From an uncultured Bacteroidota bacterium (GTDB lineage: Bacteria > Bacteroidota > Ignavibacteria > UBA10030 > UBA8401), in NCBI GenBank assembly GCA_963717445.1, contig OY970334.1, positions 87,219-151,218 of the forward strand: 64,000 bases of DNA, written 5' to 3'. The notes beneath the pieces were generated by a model. The model had not been told where the DNA came from. It did not search any database and saw only the letters and a program-made list of their open reading frames with translations. Every line of letters starts with the position of its first letter. The first letter of the stretch is position 1. Both the position numbers and the translations under genes were made by a program. Below, piece after piece: positions 31,478-41,667 of this stretch.

Positions 31478-31506
31478 TTGACAATTTCTCAATAGTACCT
31501 TATCTT
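31478..31506 (+). promoter_or_regulatory. Sigma70-like promoter upstream of paralog B
   Basis: TTGACA-N17-TATCTT. Confidence 0.6.
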
Positions 31507-31661
31507 AGTAAAGAAATACATAAAAATTATTAATAAAAATAAAGCTGTAATCGTTTTTACATAACATAGTTCTGTCGGCAAAAACACTCGAAGCGAAAAG
31601 AAATCGCTTCATTCGCAGTCGTTCGACTGCCGGCACAGCAAAGAAAGAAGAGTATGATACG

Positions 31662-31991
31662 GTGATGACGGCGCAAATGTTTATTCTGCCTGCCGGGGAA
31701 TTTATTTTTGGGATCTTATTAGGAGGGGCATTCGGTGTAATGCACGATACGACTCTTGCTATGAATAAAATTTTTGCTCGGATCGATCAATTAGCAAGCG
31801 ACTGGGCGGCAATGCCCGGTCCACTGGCGCGCAGCACTTTTCTTTTGGTGATGCTCACGCAATTTCAGGTAACGTTTACGCTTTTGTTTGGGGACAACGG
31901 CTTCCAATGGATAATTTCTGCAGGGGTTGTGTTAGGGTATGCACTGACGTTATTGCAGGAGTTTCGCCAAAGGAGTCGGTATCGCCCTTGA
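31662..31991 (+). CDS. Small ~3-TM hypothetical membrane protein (paralog B)
   Basis: Homologous to 29477-29815. Confidence 0.7.
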   Translation: MMTAQMFILPAGEFIFGILLGGAFGVMHDTTLAMNKIFARIDQLASDWAAMPGPLARSTFLLVMLTQFQVTFTLLFGDNGFQWIISAGVVLGYALTLLQEFRQRSRYRP

Positions 31992-32049
31992 TGATGGTTC
32001 GATGTCCTTCATTCAACTCTCCAGATTGTGTGGAAAAACGAGAAACCTC

Positions 32050-32078
32050 TTGACATAAAGCGCGCCATTCCTTATATT
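32050..32078 (+). promoter_or_regulatory. Sigma70-like promoter of lrp-glnA
   Basis: TTGACA-N17-TATATT. Confidence 0.65.
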
Positions 32079-32154
32079 CGTAAAGTATTTTTTGAAAAAA
32101 GTTAAATAAGTAAACAAAACTTGGGTATTCAACGAAATATACGGAATTTGACGC

Positions 32155-32622
32155 ATGGTCTTAGACGACATTGATATTACAATTCTCGAAATTCTCCAGA
32201 AAGAGGGGCGTACCAGGCGAAACGAGCTGGCAGAACTTGTAGGGCTTTCGCTGCCAGCCGCGAGCGAACGTCTGCGCAAACTCGAAGAAGCCGGTATCAT
32301 CACAGGCTATCATGCAAAGCTCGACCATAAATTGTTGGGAAAGGATATCACGGCGTTCGTCCTGGTAACGATGGATTCATCAAAACATTTTTCGGCGTTT
32401 GTAGAACATGTGAATGCGAGCGACGATATTTTGGAATGCCACGGGATAACCGGTGAAGGAACCCACTTGCTCAAAGTGAGGGTTGAGAATACCGAAAGCC
32501 TGGAAAAACTTTTGGCAAAAGTCCAATCATGGCTCGGCGTTACGAAGACGGCCACGAGTATGGTGCTCTCTACTTCTAAAGAAACAACGACGATCAAGGT
32601 ACACAAAACAAAAACGACCTAA
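32155..32622 (+). CDS. Lrp/AsnC family transcriptional regulator
   Basis: LDDIDITILEILQKEGR..LAELVGLS...ERLRKLEEAGII, ECHGITG. Confidence 0.95.
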   Translation: MVLDDIDITILEILQKEGRTRRNELAELVGLSLPAASERLRKLEEAGIITGYHAKLDHKLLGKDITAFVLVTMDSSKHFSAFVEHVNASDDILECHGITGEGTHLLKVRVENTESLEKLLAKVQSWLGVTKTATSMVLSTSKETTTIKVHKTKTT

Positions 32623-32661
32623 TCACAATATTTCATTTCATTAATAATCAAGAGGAACGCT

Positions 32662-34095
32662 ATGGCTAAAAAAGAAGGTAGTACCGCTGTTGACAATGTT
32701 TTCAAAGTAGTCAAAGATAACGGGGTGAAGATGGTCGACTTTAAGTTTATAGATTTTCCCGGCCAGTGGCAGCACTTCACCGTTCCAGTCCATGAACTTT
32801 CGGAAGAGACGTTCGAAAGCGGATTAGGTTTTGATGGATCAAGTATCCGGGGATGGAAATCGATCCATGAAAGCGATATGTTGATTGTTCCGGATGCCGC
32901 CACTGTAATCATCGACCCATTTTGCGATATTCCAACATTGAGCCTTGTATGCAACGTCTTCGACCCATTGACGAAGCAGAAATATGACCGGGACCCGCGG
33001 AATATTGCTCAGAAAGCCGATGCGTACCTGAAACAAACCGGAATTGCCGATACCGCCTACTTTGGTCCGGAAGCTGAATTTTTTATCCTCGACAACGTTC
33101 GCTACGACTCGAATGAGTATTCCAGTTATTACTTTCTCGATTCGTCAGAAGGAAAGTGGAATTCCGGCCGCGCGGAAAACCCGAACCTTGGATACAAGAT
33201 ACGGCATAAGGAAGGATACTTCCCGGTTCCTCCTGCGGATTCCATTATGAACCTCAGGAACGAAATGACCCAGAACTTGATCGGCGCTGGTCTCTACGTC
33301 GAAGCGCAGCACCACGAAGTTGCCACCGCTGGCCAGTCCGAAATCGACTTGAGGTACGCTCCTCTCGTCAGTGCTGCTGACGGACTTTTGCTTTTCAAAT
33401 ACATCATTAAGAACACTGCCAAGAAGCACAACAAGACGGTAACCTACATGCCGAAGCCGATTTTCGGCGACAACGGATCCGGAATGCACGTTCACCAGAG
33501 CTTATGGAAAAATGGAAAGCCGCTTTTCTTCGGAAATGGGTATGCAAACCTCAGCGATATGGCTATTCATTACATCGCCGGATTGCTGAAGCATGCACCT
33601 GCGCTTTGCGCATTGACAAACCCGACAACGAATTCTTACAAGCGGCTTGTTCCCGGTTTTGAAGCACCTGTGAATCTTGCGTACTCGCAACGCAACAGAA
33701 GCGCGTCCGTTCGAATTCCCGTGTATTCACAAAGCCCAAAAGCAAAGCGTGTTGAATTTCGGACACCGGATGCATCCTGCAACCCTTATCTCGCTTTTTC
33801 AGCAATGATGATGGCAGGGCTAGACGGAATTCTGAATAAGCTTGATCCGGGCGATCCTCTCGACAAAGATATTTATGATCTGAGTCCTGAGGAATTGAAA
33901 AACATACCATCGGCTCCCGGTTCGCTTGAAGATGCACTCAGTGCTCTTGAGCGCGACCACGACTTTTTGCTCAAGGGAGATGTTTTCACCGAAGACGTGA
34001 TCGATGCCTGGATTGATTACAAGATGACAAAAGAAGTAAAGCCAATGGCACTTCGTCCGCACCCGTACGAGTTCCATCTTTATTATGATATCTAA
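32662..34095 (+). CDS. glnA: Glutamine synthetase type I (GSI-beta, with adenylylation-type motif)
   Basis: 477 aa; [46 protein letters not shown]. Confidence 0.97.
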   Translation: MAKKEGSTAVDNVFKVVKDNGVKMVDFKFIDFPGQWQHFTVPVHELSEETFESGLGFDGSSIRGWKSIHESDMLIVPDAATVIIDPFCDIPTLSLVCNVFDPLTKQKYDRDPRNIAQKADAYLKQTGIADTAYFGPEAEFFILDNVRYDSNEYSSYYFLDSSEGKWNSGRAENPNLGYKIRHKEGYFPVPPADSIMNLRNEMTQNLIGAGLYVEAQHHEVATAGQSEIDLRYAPLVSAADGLLLFKYIIKNTAKKHNKTVTYMPKPIFGDNGSGMHVHQSLWKNGKPLFFGNGYANLSDMAIHYIAGLLKHAPALCALTNPTTNSYKRLVPGFEAPVNLAYSQRNRSASVRIPVYSQSPKAKRVEFRTPDASCNPYLAFSAMMMAGLDGILNKLDPGDPLDKDIYDLSPEELKNIPSAPGSLEDALSALERDHDFLLKGDVFTEDVIDAWIDYKMTKEVKPMALRPHPYEFHLYYDI

Positions 34096-34123
34096 TCTCT
34101 GATTGTCAGTGCAGTTCACAAAC

Positions 34124-34159
34124 CCTGCGGTCAGGTAATAACGGCCGCAGGTTTTTTTT
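34124..34159 (+). terminator. Intrinsic terminator after glnA
   Basis: cctgcggtc...ggccgcagg followed by T8. Confidence 0.8.
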
Positions 34160-34233
34160 GCCTTTCGATTGCATTTCGGGCTCATTTTTTCTATTTTCAT
34201 ACACCATCGAATGTCAAACTTATTTCGAGCTGT

Positions 34234-35013
34234 ATGAGTTTTTCCCGCCTCTCGTATTTTGTAGAACAACGAATTTGCCGCATCTCCCTTTGCCGCCCCG
34301 AAAAACGAAACGCCCTTGACGATCTCCTCGTTAACGAATTGACCCGCGCGTTCATCGACGCATCGAAAGACAGCGAAGTGAAAGTCATTGTTCTTACGGG
34401 CAATGGAAAGGCCTTTTGCGCGGGCGCCGATTTAGACTATCTTCAGAAGCTCTCCTCGTACGATTTCAACCAAAATCTGGAAGACTCGAAAAACCTCGCG
34501 CGTCTGTTCCACCTTATCTATACCATGCGCAAACCGGTAATCGCAAAAGTGAATGGCGCGGCGATTGCAGGCGGATGCGGCCTGGCAACCGCGTGCGACA
34601 TCGTTGTGGCCTCAGAAGAATCGACCTTCGGATATACGGAAGTCTCAATCGGGTTTATCCCCGCGATTGTGTTGACTTTTTTGGTGCGGCGAATCGGAGA
34701 GGGGAGGGCACGTGAGCTTGCATTGACCGGAAAAATTATCGATGCGAAGGAGGCGCATGCTCTTGGCATCGTCAACGAGATTGTGCCGCTCGCCGGCCTC
34801 GACGCCAGGGTGCAGGAGCTTGCCGATTCGCTCTGCATGAACGGAAGTGCGTCGTCAATGGGTTTGATTAAAGAAATGTTTTCGAAAATGGACGGCTTGA
34901 ATTTCTCCGACCTGCTCGACTATGCTTCGAACATGAATGCAGCAATGAGAATGTCCGACGACTGCAAAAAAGGGATAGCCTCATTTCTAAAAAAAGAAAA
35001 ACTTAAGTGGTGA
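34234..35013 (+). CDS. Enoyl-CoA hydratase/isomerase (methylglutaconyl-CoA hydratase-like)
   Basis: RPEKRNAL, FCAGADL, AIAGGCGL, TEVSIGFIPA. Confidence 0.9.
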   Translation: MSFSRLSYFVEQRICRISLCRPEKRNALDDLLVNELTRAFIDASKDSEVKVIVLTGNGKAFCAGADLDYLQKLSSYDFNQNLEDSKNLARLFHLIYTMRKPVIAKVNGAAIAGGCGLATACDIVVASEESTFGYTEVSIGFIPAIVLTFLVRRIGEGRARELALTGKIIDAKEAHALGIVNEIVPLAGLDARVQELADSLCMNGSASSMGLIKEMFSKMDGLNFSDLLDYASNMNAAMRMSDDCKKGIASFLKKEKLKW

Positions 35014-35018
35014 CGACC

Positions 35019-35552
35019 ATGGAGAACTCTAACGATTTGATTTCTACGATTCGAAACGTCCCCGATTTTCCAAAGAAGGGAATTATTTTTCGCGACATCA
35101 CAACGCTTTTGAAGGACAAGGATGCATACCGGCACTATATCGACGCTTTATACGAACGGTACAAAAACCATCGCGTCGACAAAGTTGCTGGGATCGAGGC
35201 GCGAGGCTTCATTGCGGGGGGAGCATTGGCGTACCGCCTCGGCGCCGGATTCGTACCTGTTCGAAAGCCTGGAAAACTCCCGGCGGAAAAAATCCGGCAG
35301 GAATACCAACTCGAATACGGAACCGATGCAGTCGAAATCCATCGGGATGCGATCGCGAAGGGAGAACGCGTTCTTCTTCACGACGATTTGCTGGCTACCG
35401 GCGGAACCATTCAGGCAGCATGCAAATTGGTCGAACAACTCGGGGGAAAAATTATCGGCCTTTCGTTCCTCGTAGAGCTGACATTCCTGCATCCGCGAGA
35501 GCGCCTTTCACAATATGATATTTTTAGCCTTGTCTCTTATGAAAGCGAGTAA
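35019..35552 (+). CDS. apt: Adenine phosphoribosyltransferase
   Basis: PDFPKKGIIFRDIT, EARGF, LEYG, HDDLLATGGT. Confidence 0.96.
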   Translation: MENSNDLISTIRNVPDFPKKGIIFRDITTLLKDKDAYRHYIDALYERYKNHRVDKVAGIEARGFIAGGALAYRLGAGFVPVRKPGKLPAEKIRQEYQLEYGTDAVEIHRDAIAKGERVLLHDDLLATGGTIQAACKLVEQLGGKIIGLSFLVELTFLHPRERLSQYDIFSLVSYESE

Positions 35553-35616
35553 ACATCGCATCATAAAGAGAATTTTATTATGATTCCCTTAGTGTTCTTC
35601 GTGGATAGACATTACT

Positions 35617-36990
35617 ATGAAAACAATTATTGAGCCTTTTAAGATTAAGTCGGTTGAACCGATACGTTTCACAACCGTCGAAGAGAGAATTGCGATTCTT
35701 CGCGAAGCGGGTTATAATCCGTTTTTTATCCGGGCTGAAGACGTTTTGATCGACTTGCTCACCGACAGCGGCACGTCGGCAATGAGCGCCAGGCAATGGG
35801 CTGGCATCATGGATGGAGACGAATCGTATGCGGGAGCGCGCAGTTTTTTCCGGTTTGAAAAGGTTGTTAAAGATCTCACAGGTTTTAAATTCATCATTCC
35901 AACTCACCAGGGCAGAGCGGCAGAACGAATACTGTTTTCCATTTTTGGAGGGAAAGGAAAGTTCATTCCCAACAATTCTCATTTTGACACGACGCGGGCG
36001 AATGTCGAATTTTCCGGAGCTGTAGCAACAGACCTGCCGACTGAAGAAGGGGTTCATCCTGAGGTAATTGCCGATTTTAAAGGCAACATGAATATACCTG
36101 CACTTGAAAAATTCATCCGTGAAAAGGGGGCCGCAAATATACCGGTCTGTATGATCACGGTGACGAATAATTCCGGAGGGGGGCAGCCCGTCTCCATGGA
36201 GAATATCAGGGAAACAAAAAAGCTGTTACAAAAGTACGGCATTCCATTATTTCTTGATGCCTGCCGGTTTGCCGAGAATGCCTTTTTCATCAAAAAACGG
36301 GAAAGTGGTTACGCCAAAAAAACGGCGAAAGAAATTGCCCAGGAGATGTTTTCGTATGCCGACGGCTGCACTATGAGCGCAAAAAAAGATGCCATTGTCA
36401 ACATGGGAGGATTTTTGGCGATGAATGATGAGGGGCTTGCGAGCAGCGCACGCAATCTTCTGATTGTGACGGAAGGTTTTCCAACATACGGAGGGCTTGC
36501 GGGGAGAGACCTGGAAGCAATCGCACAAGGGCTCGATGAAGTTCTTGACGAACATTACCTCACGTACCGGCTCCGCTCGGTTGAATATTTGGGAAATAAA
36601 CTGACAGAGATGGGCGTGCCGATCCTTCAGCCGCCGGGCGGCCACGCAATTTACCTCGATGCGAAAAGATTTCTGCCGTCGATCCCTCCTGAACAGTTCC
36701 CCGGTCAAGCGATTGTTGCTGAATTGTATGCCGTTGGAGGAATTCGTTCCGTCGAAATCGGGAGCGTTATGTTCGGTACGTATGATGCTACGGGGAAGCA
36801 CATTCCACCGGCGATGGAACTGGTTCGTCTTGCGATTCCGCGGCGTGTGTATACACAGAGTCACATCGATTATGTCATCGAATGTGTGGGAGAAGTTTTC
36901 AGCAAGAGGAAAAATCTTCCAGGATACAAGATCGTGTACGAAGCACCTCAGCTACGCCATTTTACCGCTCGATTCCAGCCGCTTCACTAG
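35617..36990 (+). CDS. tnaA: Tryptophanase (beta-eliminating lyase; tyrosine phenol-lyase not excluded)
   Basis: EPFKIKSVE, DLLTDSGT, HQGRAAE, MSAKKD (PLP Lys), RLAIPRRVYT, LRHFTA. Confidence 0.88.
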   Translation: MKTIIEPFKIKSVEPIRFTTVEERIAILREAGYNPFFIRAEDVLIDLLTDSGTSAMSARQWAGIMDGDESYAGARSFFRFEKVVKDLTGFKFIIPTHQGRAAERILFSIFGGKGKFIPNNSHFDTTRANVEFSGAVATDLPTEEGVHPEVIADFKGNMNIPALEKFIREKGAANIPVCMITVTNNSGGGQPVSMENIRETKKLLQKYGIPLFLDACRFAENAFFIKKRESGYAKKTAKEIAQEMFSYADGCTMSAKKDAIVNMGGFLAMNDEGLASSARNLLIVTEGFPTYGGLAGRDLEAIAQGLDEVLDEHYLTYRLRSVEYLGNKLTEMGVPILQPPGGHAIYLDAKRFLPSIPPEQFPGQAIVAELYAVGGIRSVEIGSVMFGTYDATGKHIPPAMELVRLAIPRRVYTQSHIDYVIECVGEVFSKRKNLPGYKIVYEAPQLRHFTARFQPLH

Positions 36991-37019
36991 AATCATGTCA
37001 TGGCACACTCCAAAGAAAA

Positions 37020-37188
37020 TGCCATTCCGGTCGACAGACTCCGTCGCACTCTGACGAGCGAAAGTTCCAGCGGAATGCCTTCGGAACCGGTCGAAGACTC
37101 CCCACGGGTCTATCGACCCGTAGGGCCGTAGATGACTCGTTGAGAATCCATTCAATTACGCCTGGATGCCCGCTTGCGCGGGCATGAC
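37020..37188. repeat. Second, expanded copy of the GTCATTCC...GAATGAC-type palindromic element
   Basis: tgccattccggtcga...gaaccgg...aatcca...ctggatgcccgcttgcgcgggcatgac resembles 9977-10071. Confidence 0.6.
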
Positions 37189-37323
37189 AATTCTTGTTCT
37201 ATGCTGATTATTCAAAGTAGCCCACCACCAAAAATCGTTGCAAACAAAGACAAATCTTCGTATTTTATATCGCCGAAAAATCGAAACGGGAGCAATTGAG
37301 ATTCTGTGATAAGGTTTGAGCCG

Positions 37324-38025
37324 ATGATTTCTTGTCCTGTGTGCGCCAATCCAAACGATGACCTTAGAACGGTGTGCGTTCAATGCGGCAGTTTTCTTCA
37401 AGACCGCATTCCGAATCTCGATTTTTTTTCGACACTGTGGCAGCTTGTTGAATCCCCAAAGGATGCATTCCATAAAATCATTAAAGCCGAGCATAAAAAT
37501 TACGTTCTTTTCCTTATGCTGTTTTTAGGGATTGGAGTCTCGTTTACCTTGCTGTGGGCGCGCCACGCGGGAAATGAGTTCGACAATTTAATCTACCTGC
37601 TCCTTCTCGGGTACGTGCTCGGTATAGGAATTGCTTTACCGGTCGGCGGTCTGATGGCGGTGATGGTACATCTTCTACTCAAACTCTTCGGCGGTAGAGG
37701 AGTGATGAAAAATACGTACGCGGTGTTCGGCTGGTCATTGATTCCGATTATGCTTTCGGTTTCGATTATATTACCGATCGAGCTCGCTTCGATTGGATTG
37801 CGGTTGTTTTCTACGAACCCGTCGCCGATGGAAATAAAGCCGGTGGTGTACATTGTTCTCATGTTTTTCGACGTGTTCACAGTTCTCTGGTCAATCAATC
37901 TTGCGCGTGTTGGATTGAGCATCGCACATAACATTTCTGCGTGGAAGACGCTTGAGGTAGTTCTTTCAGTTTCTTTCTTCTTTACGTTTGCTCTCTATAA
38001 ATTATTTGCATCGTTTGTTATTTAG
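37324..38025 (+). CDS. Zinc-ribbon + Yip1-like membrane protein
   Basis: CPVC...CVQC followed by ~5 TM helices with a Yip1-like pattern. Confidence 0.7.
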   Translation: MISCPVCANPNDDLRTVCVQCGSFLQDRIPNLDFFSTLWQLVESPKDAFHKIIKAEHKNYVLFLMLFLGIGVSFTLLWARHAGNEFDNLIYLLLLGYVLGIGIALPVGGLMAVMVHLLLKLFGGRGVMKNTYAVFGWSLIPIMLSVSIILPIELASIGLRLFSTNPSPMEIKPVVYIVLMFFDVFTVLWSINLARVGLSIAHNISAWKTLEVVLSVSFFFTFALYKLFASFVI

Positions 38026-38038
38026 AAGAGAGTGACGG

Positions 38039-38395
38039 ATGGATCGCACCCGGTTCGAAGACATTGCTGAAGAAGCGTTTAACCATTTGCCGGCGTTGTT
38101 CAAAAAGAAAATCGAGAATGTTGAAATCGTCGTCGAAGATGCTCCTTTTGCGCCAGCACAACGTTCGTTCTTGCTCGGGTTATATCATGGTATCCCGTTG
38201 ACGAAACGAGGAACGTGGTACGGAATGTCGCCGGTTCTGCCCGACAGAATTTCGCTCTACCAAGAAAATATCGAACGTGTATGTTCATCGGATGAAGAAA
38301 TTAAGAAAAAAATTTATGAGGTGTTATGCCATGAAATAGGTCATTATTTTGGAATGGATGAAGCGCAGGTGCGTAAGGCGATGAAGTCCTGGTGA
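38039..38395 (+). CDS. Minimal zincin metallopeptidase (Zincin_1/DUF1025-like)
   Basis: LLGLYHG..PDRISLY..HEIGHYFG. Confidence 0.88.
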   Translation: MDRTRFEDIAEEAFNHLPALFKKKIENVEIVVEDAPFAPAQRSFLLGLYHGIPLTKRGTWYGMSPVLPDRISLYQENIERVCSSDEEIKKKIYEVLCHEIGHYFGMDEAQVRKAMKSW

Positions 38396-38447
38396 AACAT
38401 GTATAATAAACAATCTCGATGAAACAACGCATTGAAAGGGATCGTAG

Positions 38448-38747
38448 ATGGCTAAGGTGATATTAACGATGCAATATGAAGTCGACAAAAAGAAGCGGGA
38501 AGGATTTTTGGCAACAGTGCAAGAATTAAAATCCCATTATGCTTCAAATCCTCACATTTCGTATTTGGTGGGAGAGCAAAAGGGGAAAAAGAATGTTTTC
38601 GCTGAAATGTATATTGCAGATTCGGAAGAAGCATACACACAATTCAAAGAAAATGAAGACCAGACTGCTGACTTGATCAGCGAGAAACTTTCGTCGTACA
38701 TGAAGAACGGAAAGGCAAAGTACACGACATATCTGGAAACAGCGTAA
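38448..38747 (+). CDS. Hypothetical protein (possible dimeric alpha-beta barrel fold)
   Basis: 99-aa ORF with SD, in operon context. Confidence 0.6.
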   Translation: MAKVILTMQYEVDKKKREGFLATVQELKSHYASNPHISYLVGEQKGKKNVFAEMYIADSEEAYTQFKENEDQTADLISEKLSSYMKNGKAKYTTYLETA

Positions 38748-38769
38748 TGTATATCTTTTGAAAGGGCGC

Positions 38770-39246
38770 ATGGCAATTCGAGATCCGATAGGAATTTTCC
38801 TGAAAGAACACGACATGGCGCTCGTGCAGCTTCGCATATTAAAAAAAACCGCAGCTGAAATCAGGAAGAACGGTTATTCAGAAAAACTCTTCAAACAATT
38901 ATTGAAAGCAACCGAATTTGTGGATGAAGAGGTGCGGGTTCACAACGGCAAAGAAGAGTCGGCCCTTTTCCCGATCGTCGAACGCTACGTCGACGGGCCG
39001 ACGAACACCCTGCGCGAAGACCACCAGCGAATGGCTAGAATTTACAAGAAACTCCATTACAGCATCGGCTCGCTGAAAGAAAATCATGACGACAAAATTG
39101 CGCGGCAGGAATTAGGGGAGGCTGCAGAGGAAATCGTTCAACTTATGGTAAACCATATTCACAAAGAAAATGAAATCCTCTTCCCGCTCGTAAAAAGATT
39201 TTTTACGAAAGAAGAATTGCGCAAAGTCGCTCAACGAATGTTGTAA
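38770..39246 (+). CDS. Hemerythrin-like (HHE) domain protein
   Basis: EH...HNGKEESALFP...EDH...HIHKENEILFP. Confidence 0.88.
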   Translation: MAIRDPIGIFLKEHDMALVQLRILKKTAAEIRKNGYSEKLFKQLLKATEFVDEEVRVHNGKEESALFPIVERYVDGPTNTLREDHQRMARIYKKLHYSIGSLKENHDDKIARQELGEAAEEIVQLMVNHIHKENEILFPLVKRFFTKEELRKVAQRML

Positions 39247-39378
39247 ATGACCGGCAGCGCCATGCCAAGCCCAATACTTCTTCCCTAGAGATCAACCATT
39301 TTCTCCGAGCACAGCGGAGACTTTTCTGAGTTCTCAAAATAAACGTTGAATCATCAAGAGCGGGCTCACGATACGCAA

Positions 39379-40095
39379 TCAGCCTTTTTTAAAATGTTGC
39401 GCGTCAAGCGTTTGTCCGGTAACGTGCATTGAATCGTCTGAGGCGAGATAAACGAAAACGTCAAGAATTTCTTCCGGTTTCTTCAACGTGCGCCGGTCTT
39501 CGTCGGGAAATGCTTGATGCCTCATCTCGGTGGCAACGGATCCCGGGTTGACGGCATTGACACGAATATTTCGGGGACGCAATTCTTCGGCCAACGCCCG
39601 TGTGAATCCTTCCGTCGCAAATTTTGAAACACCGTATGCGCCCCAATTCGGCATGGCAATCTTCCCTACCGAGGATGACACATTAACAATCGAACCCCCC
39701 ACCTCCCTAAAAAATGGGAGAGCATGTTTTGTCATAAAAAAAAGGCCGTTGAGGTTTACGGAAAGGACTTTCTCCCATTCTTGCGAGGGATAGTGCGAAA
39801 GGGGTACGCGGGGGCCGAGAATACCGGCGTTATTCACCATGACGTCGATCGCTCCAAAATTTGACGCGCACAACGACAGAAATTCCTCCGCCTGCCGTTC
39901 ATCGGAAATGTCCGTTTGCTCAAAAAAAGATTTCCCGCCTGCAGACATAATCTCCAGACTTACCGTTCGCAGCAATTCAACATGGCGCGCGCACATGCAG
40001 ACGACGGCTCCTTCTTCTGCGAACCGTTTTGCAATTGCGCGTCCGATTCCCCTCAATGCGCCGCTGACGACAGCAACTTTATTTGCCAGTTTCAT
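39379..40095 (-). CDS. Short-chain dehydrogenase/reductase (YciK-like)
   Basis: SGALRGIG, NNAG, YGVSK, NPG..ATEMRHQAFP. Confidence 0.9.
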   Translation of the reverse strand: MKLANKVAVVSGALRGIGRAIAKRFAEEGAVVCMCARHVELLRTVSLEIMSAGGKSFFEQTDISDERQAEEFLSLCASNFGAIDVMVNNAGILGPRVPLSHYPSQEWEKVLSVNLNGLFFMTKHALPFFREVGGSIVNVSSSVGKIAMPNWGAYGVSKFATEGFTRALAEELRPRNIRVNAVNPGSVATEMRHQAFPDEDRRTLKKPEEILDVFVYLASDDSMHVTGQTLDAQHFKKG

Positions 40096-40487
40096 TATGG
40101 TATTTCCGGGCGGCGATGAAATTATTTAATCCTCTCTTTCGCAGATCGGCAATTAACTTTTTTCCCGTCGCGACAAAAGTATGCTTCAACATCTCATCCG
40201 CCAAATGGTATTTACGAGATACTCGCCGGATGAGTTTTCTTTTCTCACTGATCAAAAGATATCGAAGAATGGAACCATAATAATGGGAGATAGTGTTTAA
40301 TAAGATAAATACTCCCGGCAATTATTTCTCTGACGGATTTTTTTCCCGGGAAGCAAGTTCGGATGAAGAGTAAACGAAACTTGTTTAATGATACGGCTTG
40401 TTGTTGACATATTCAACACTTAGCCGATCTCGCGTATATCTTCGACGAGAACAATCGTATAACTGATGTTCAAATAGATTTTTCTTA

Positions 40488-40516
40488 TTGACAAACGAAA
40501 CATATTTTATTATATT
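40488..40516 (+). promoter_or_regulatory. Sigma70-like promoter of the respiratory operon
   Basis: TTGACA-N17-TATATT. Confidence 0.65.
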
Positions 40517-40629
40517 TTTTCAGGAGTTCGAGGCGACGTACGCTCGAACACACGAAACCTTGAGGAGTTGCCGTTCTTTAAGGTTCCTACGACGATCACG
40601 TTGAAAGCAATCTCAAAGATACCCACAAT

Positions 40630-40953
40630 ATGTCTGAAAGTGTTGTAGCTTCACCGCAGGCTGTTCCTGTCGCGACGCCGAAGAAGAAAAAAAAGTCGCC
40701 GCTTATTGCAATTATTCACCCTGAAGGATGTACAGGATGTGAAGTCTGCATTGAATTTTGCCCTGTCGATTGCCTCTATAAAGTTCCAGGTCCGGAAAAT
40801 CCCAACGAAAACTTCCATGCTAATGTCAACGGCATCGTTATAGTTGATGAAGAAGTTTGTATCGGATGCAAACTCTGCGCAAAGTATTGTCCCTGGGAAG
40901 TCATCGACATGGTAAAACGTGAAGAAGATGCTGCTGTTGCCGCAGCAGCATAG
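40630..40953 (+). CDS. 2x[4Fe-4S] ferredoxin
   Basis: CTGCEVCIEFCP and CIGCKLCAKYCP. Confidence 0.92.
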   Translation: MSESVVASPQAVPVATPKKKKKSPLIAIIHPEGCTGCEVCIEFCPVDCLYKVPGPENPNENFHANVNGIVIVDEEVCIGCKLCAKYCPWEVIDMVKREEDAAVAAAA

Positions 40954-41016
40954 TGGGTCTTCTCCTTCATTCTCGCGGTATTTTTTTGTTTACTATTTTG
41001 TCAGAGGGACATTCTC

Positions 41017-41646
41017 ATGGCAGATGAAATTACACCACCCGTGCCGCAACCTTCACCGCCGGCACAGCCCGCAGCGCCCCCTGTGGCTCAAATTACTGCA
41101 ACACCCATCCCCAAAAAGCCAAAGCAAGACCGTGCCCCCGAGAATGATCCGGGAGTTTGGAGAATGGGTCGAAAGAGTTTTCTCTCGTTTGCAGGATGGC
41201 TTTCGTTCCTTGGATTTCTTGGAATTTCGACGATAGGTTCGCTGCGGTACATGTTTCCTCGTGTCCTGTTCGAGCCGCCGACGAAATTTAAAGCGGGTTT
41301 CCCAAACGATTATATTATAGGGGAAGTGAACGAAAAGTACAAAGATTCCCAGCGAATTTGGATTGTCAGGGAGAAGGAGGGATTCTACGCCTTGATTGCT
41401 ATTTGCACTCATCTGGGATGCACGCCGAACTGGCTAGAGGACGAAAATAAGTTCAAGTGTCCATGTCACGGAAGCGGCTATTACAAAAGCGGAATAAATT
41501 TTGAAGGCCCGACGCCGCGGCCGCTGGAGCGTGCCCAAATTACGTTGAATGATGACGGCGAAATTGTCATCGATAAGAGTATAAAGTTTCGATATGAACT
41601 CGGTCAATGGGGACTCCCCGGATCGTACCTAAAATACACCGGTTGA
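41017..41646 (+). CDS. Rieske [2Fe-2S] subunit of a Rieske/cytochrome b complex
   Basis: Tat-like GRKSFL + TM; CTHLGC and CPCHGS boxes; GPTPRPL. Confidence 0.95.
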   Translation: MADEITPPVPQPSPPAQPAAPPVAQITATPIPKKPKQDRAPENDPGVWRMGRKSFLSFAGWLSFLGFLGISTIGSLRYMFPRVLFEPPTKFKAGFPNDYIIGEVNEKYKDSQRIWIVREKEGFYALIAICTHLGCTPNWLEDENKFKCPCHGSGYYKSGINFEGPTPRPLERAQITLNDDGEIVIDKSIKFRYELGQWGLPGSYLKYTG

Positions 41647-41667
41647 TTCTTTTGAAAGGATTGTTTC

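Noticed and set aside
35553-35616. Possible tnaC-like leader peptide before tnaA
   Set aside because: The short ORF starting ~35580 contains no Trp and runs into tnaA out of frame, and there is no room for an attenuator.
40079-40321. 80-aa minus-strand ORF upstream of the SDR gene
   Set aside because: TTG start, no SD and no recognisable motif. It may be a real or decayed gene but cannot be supported.
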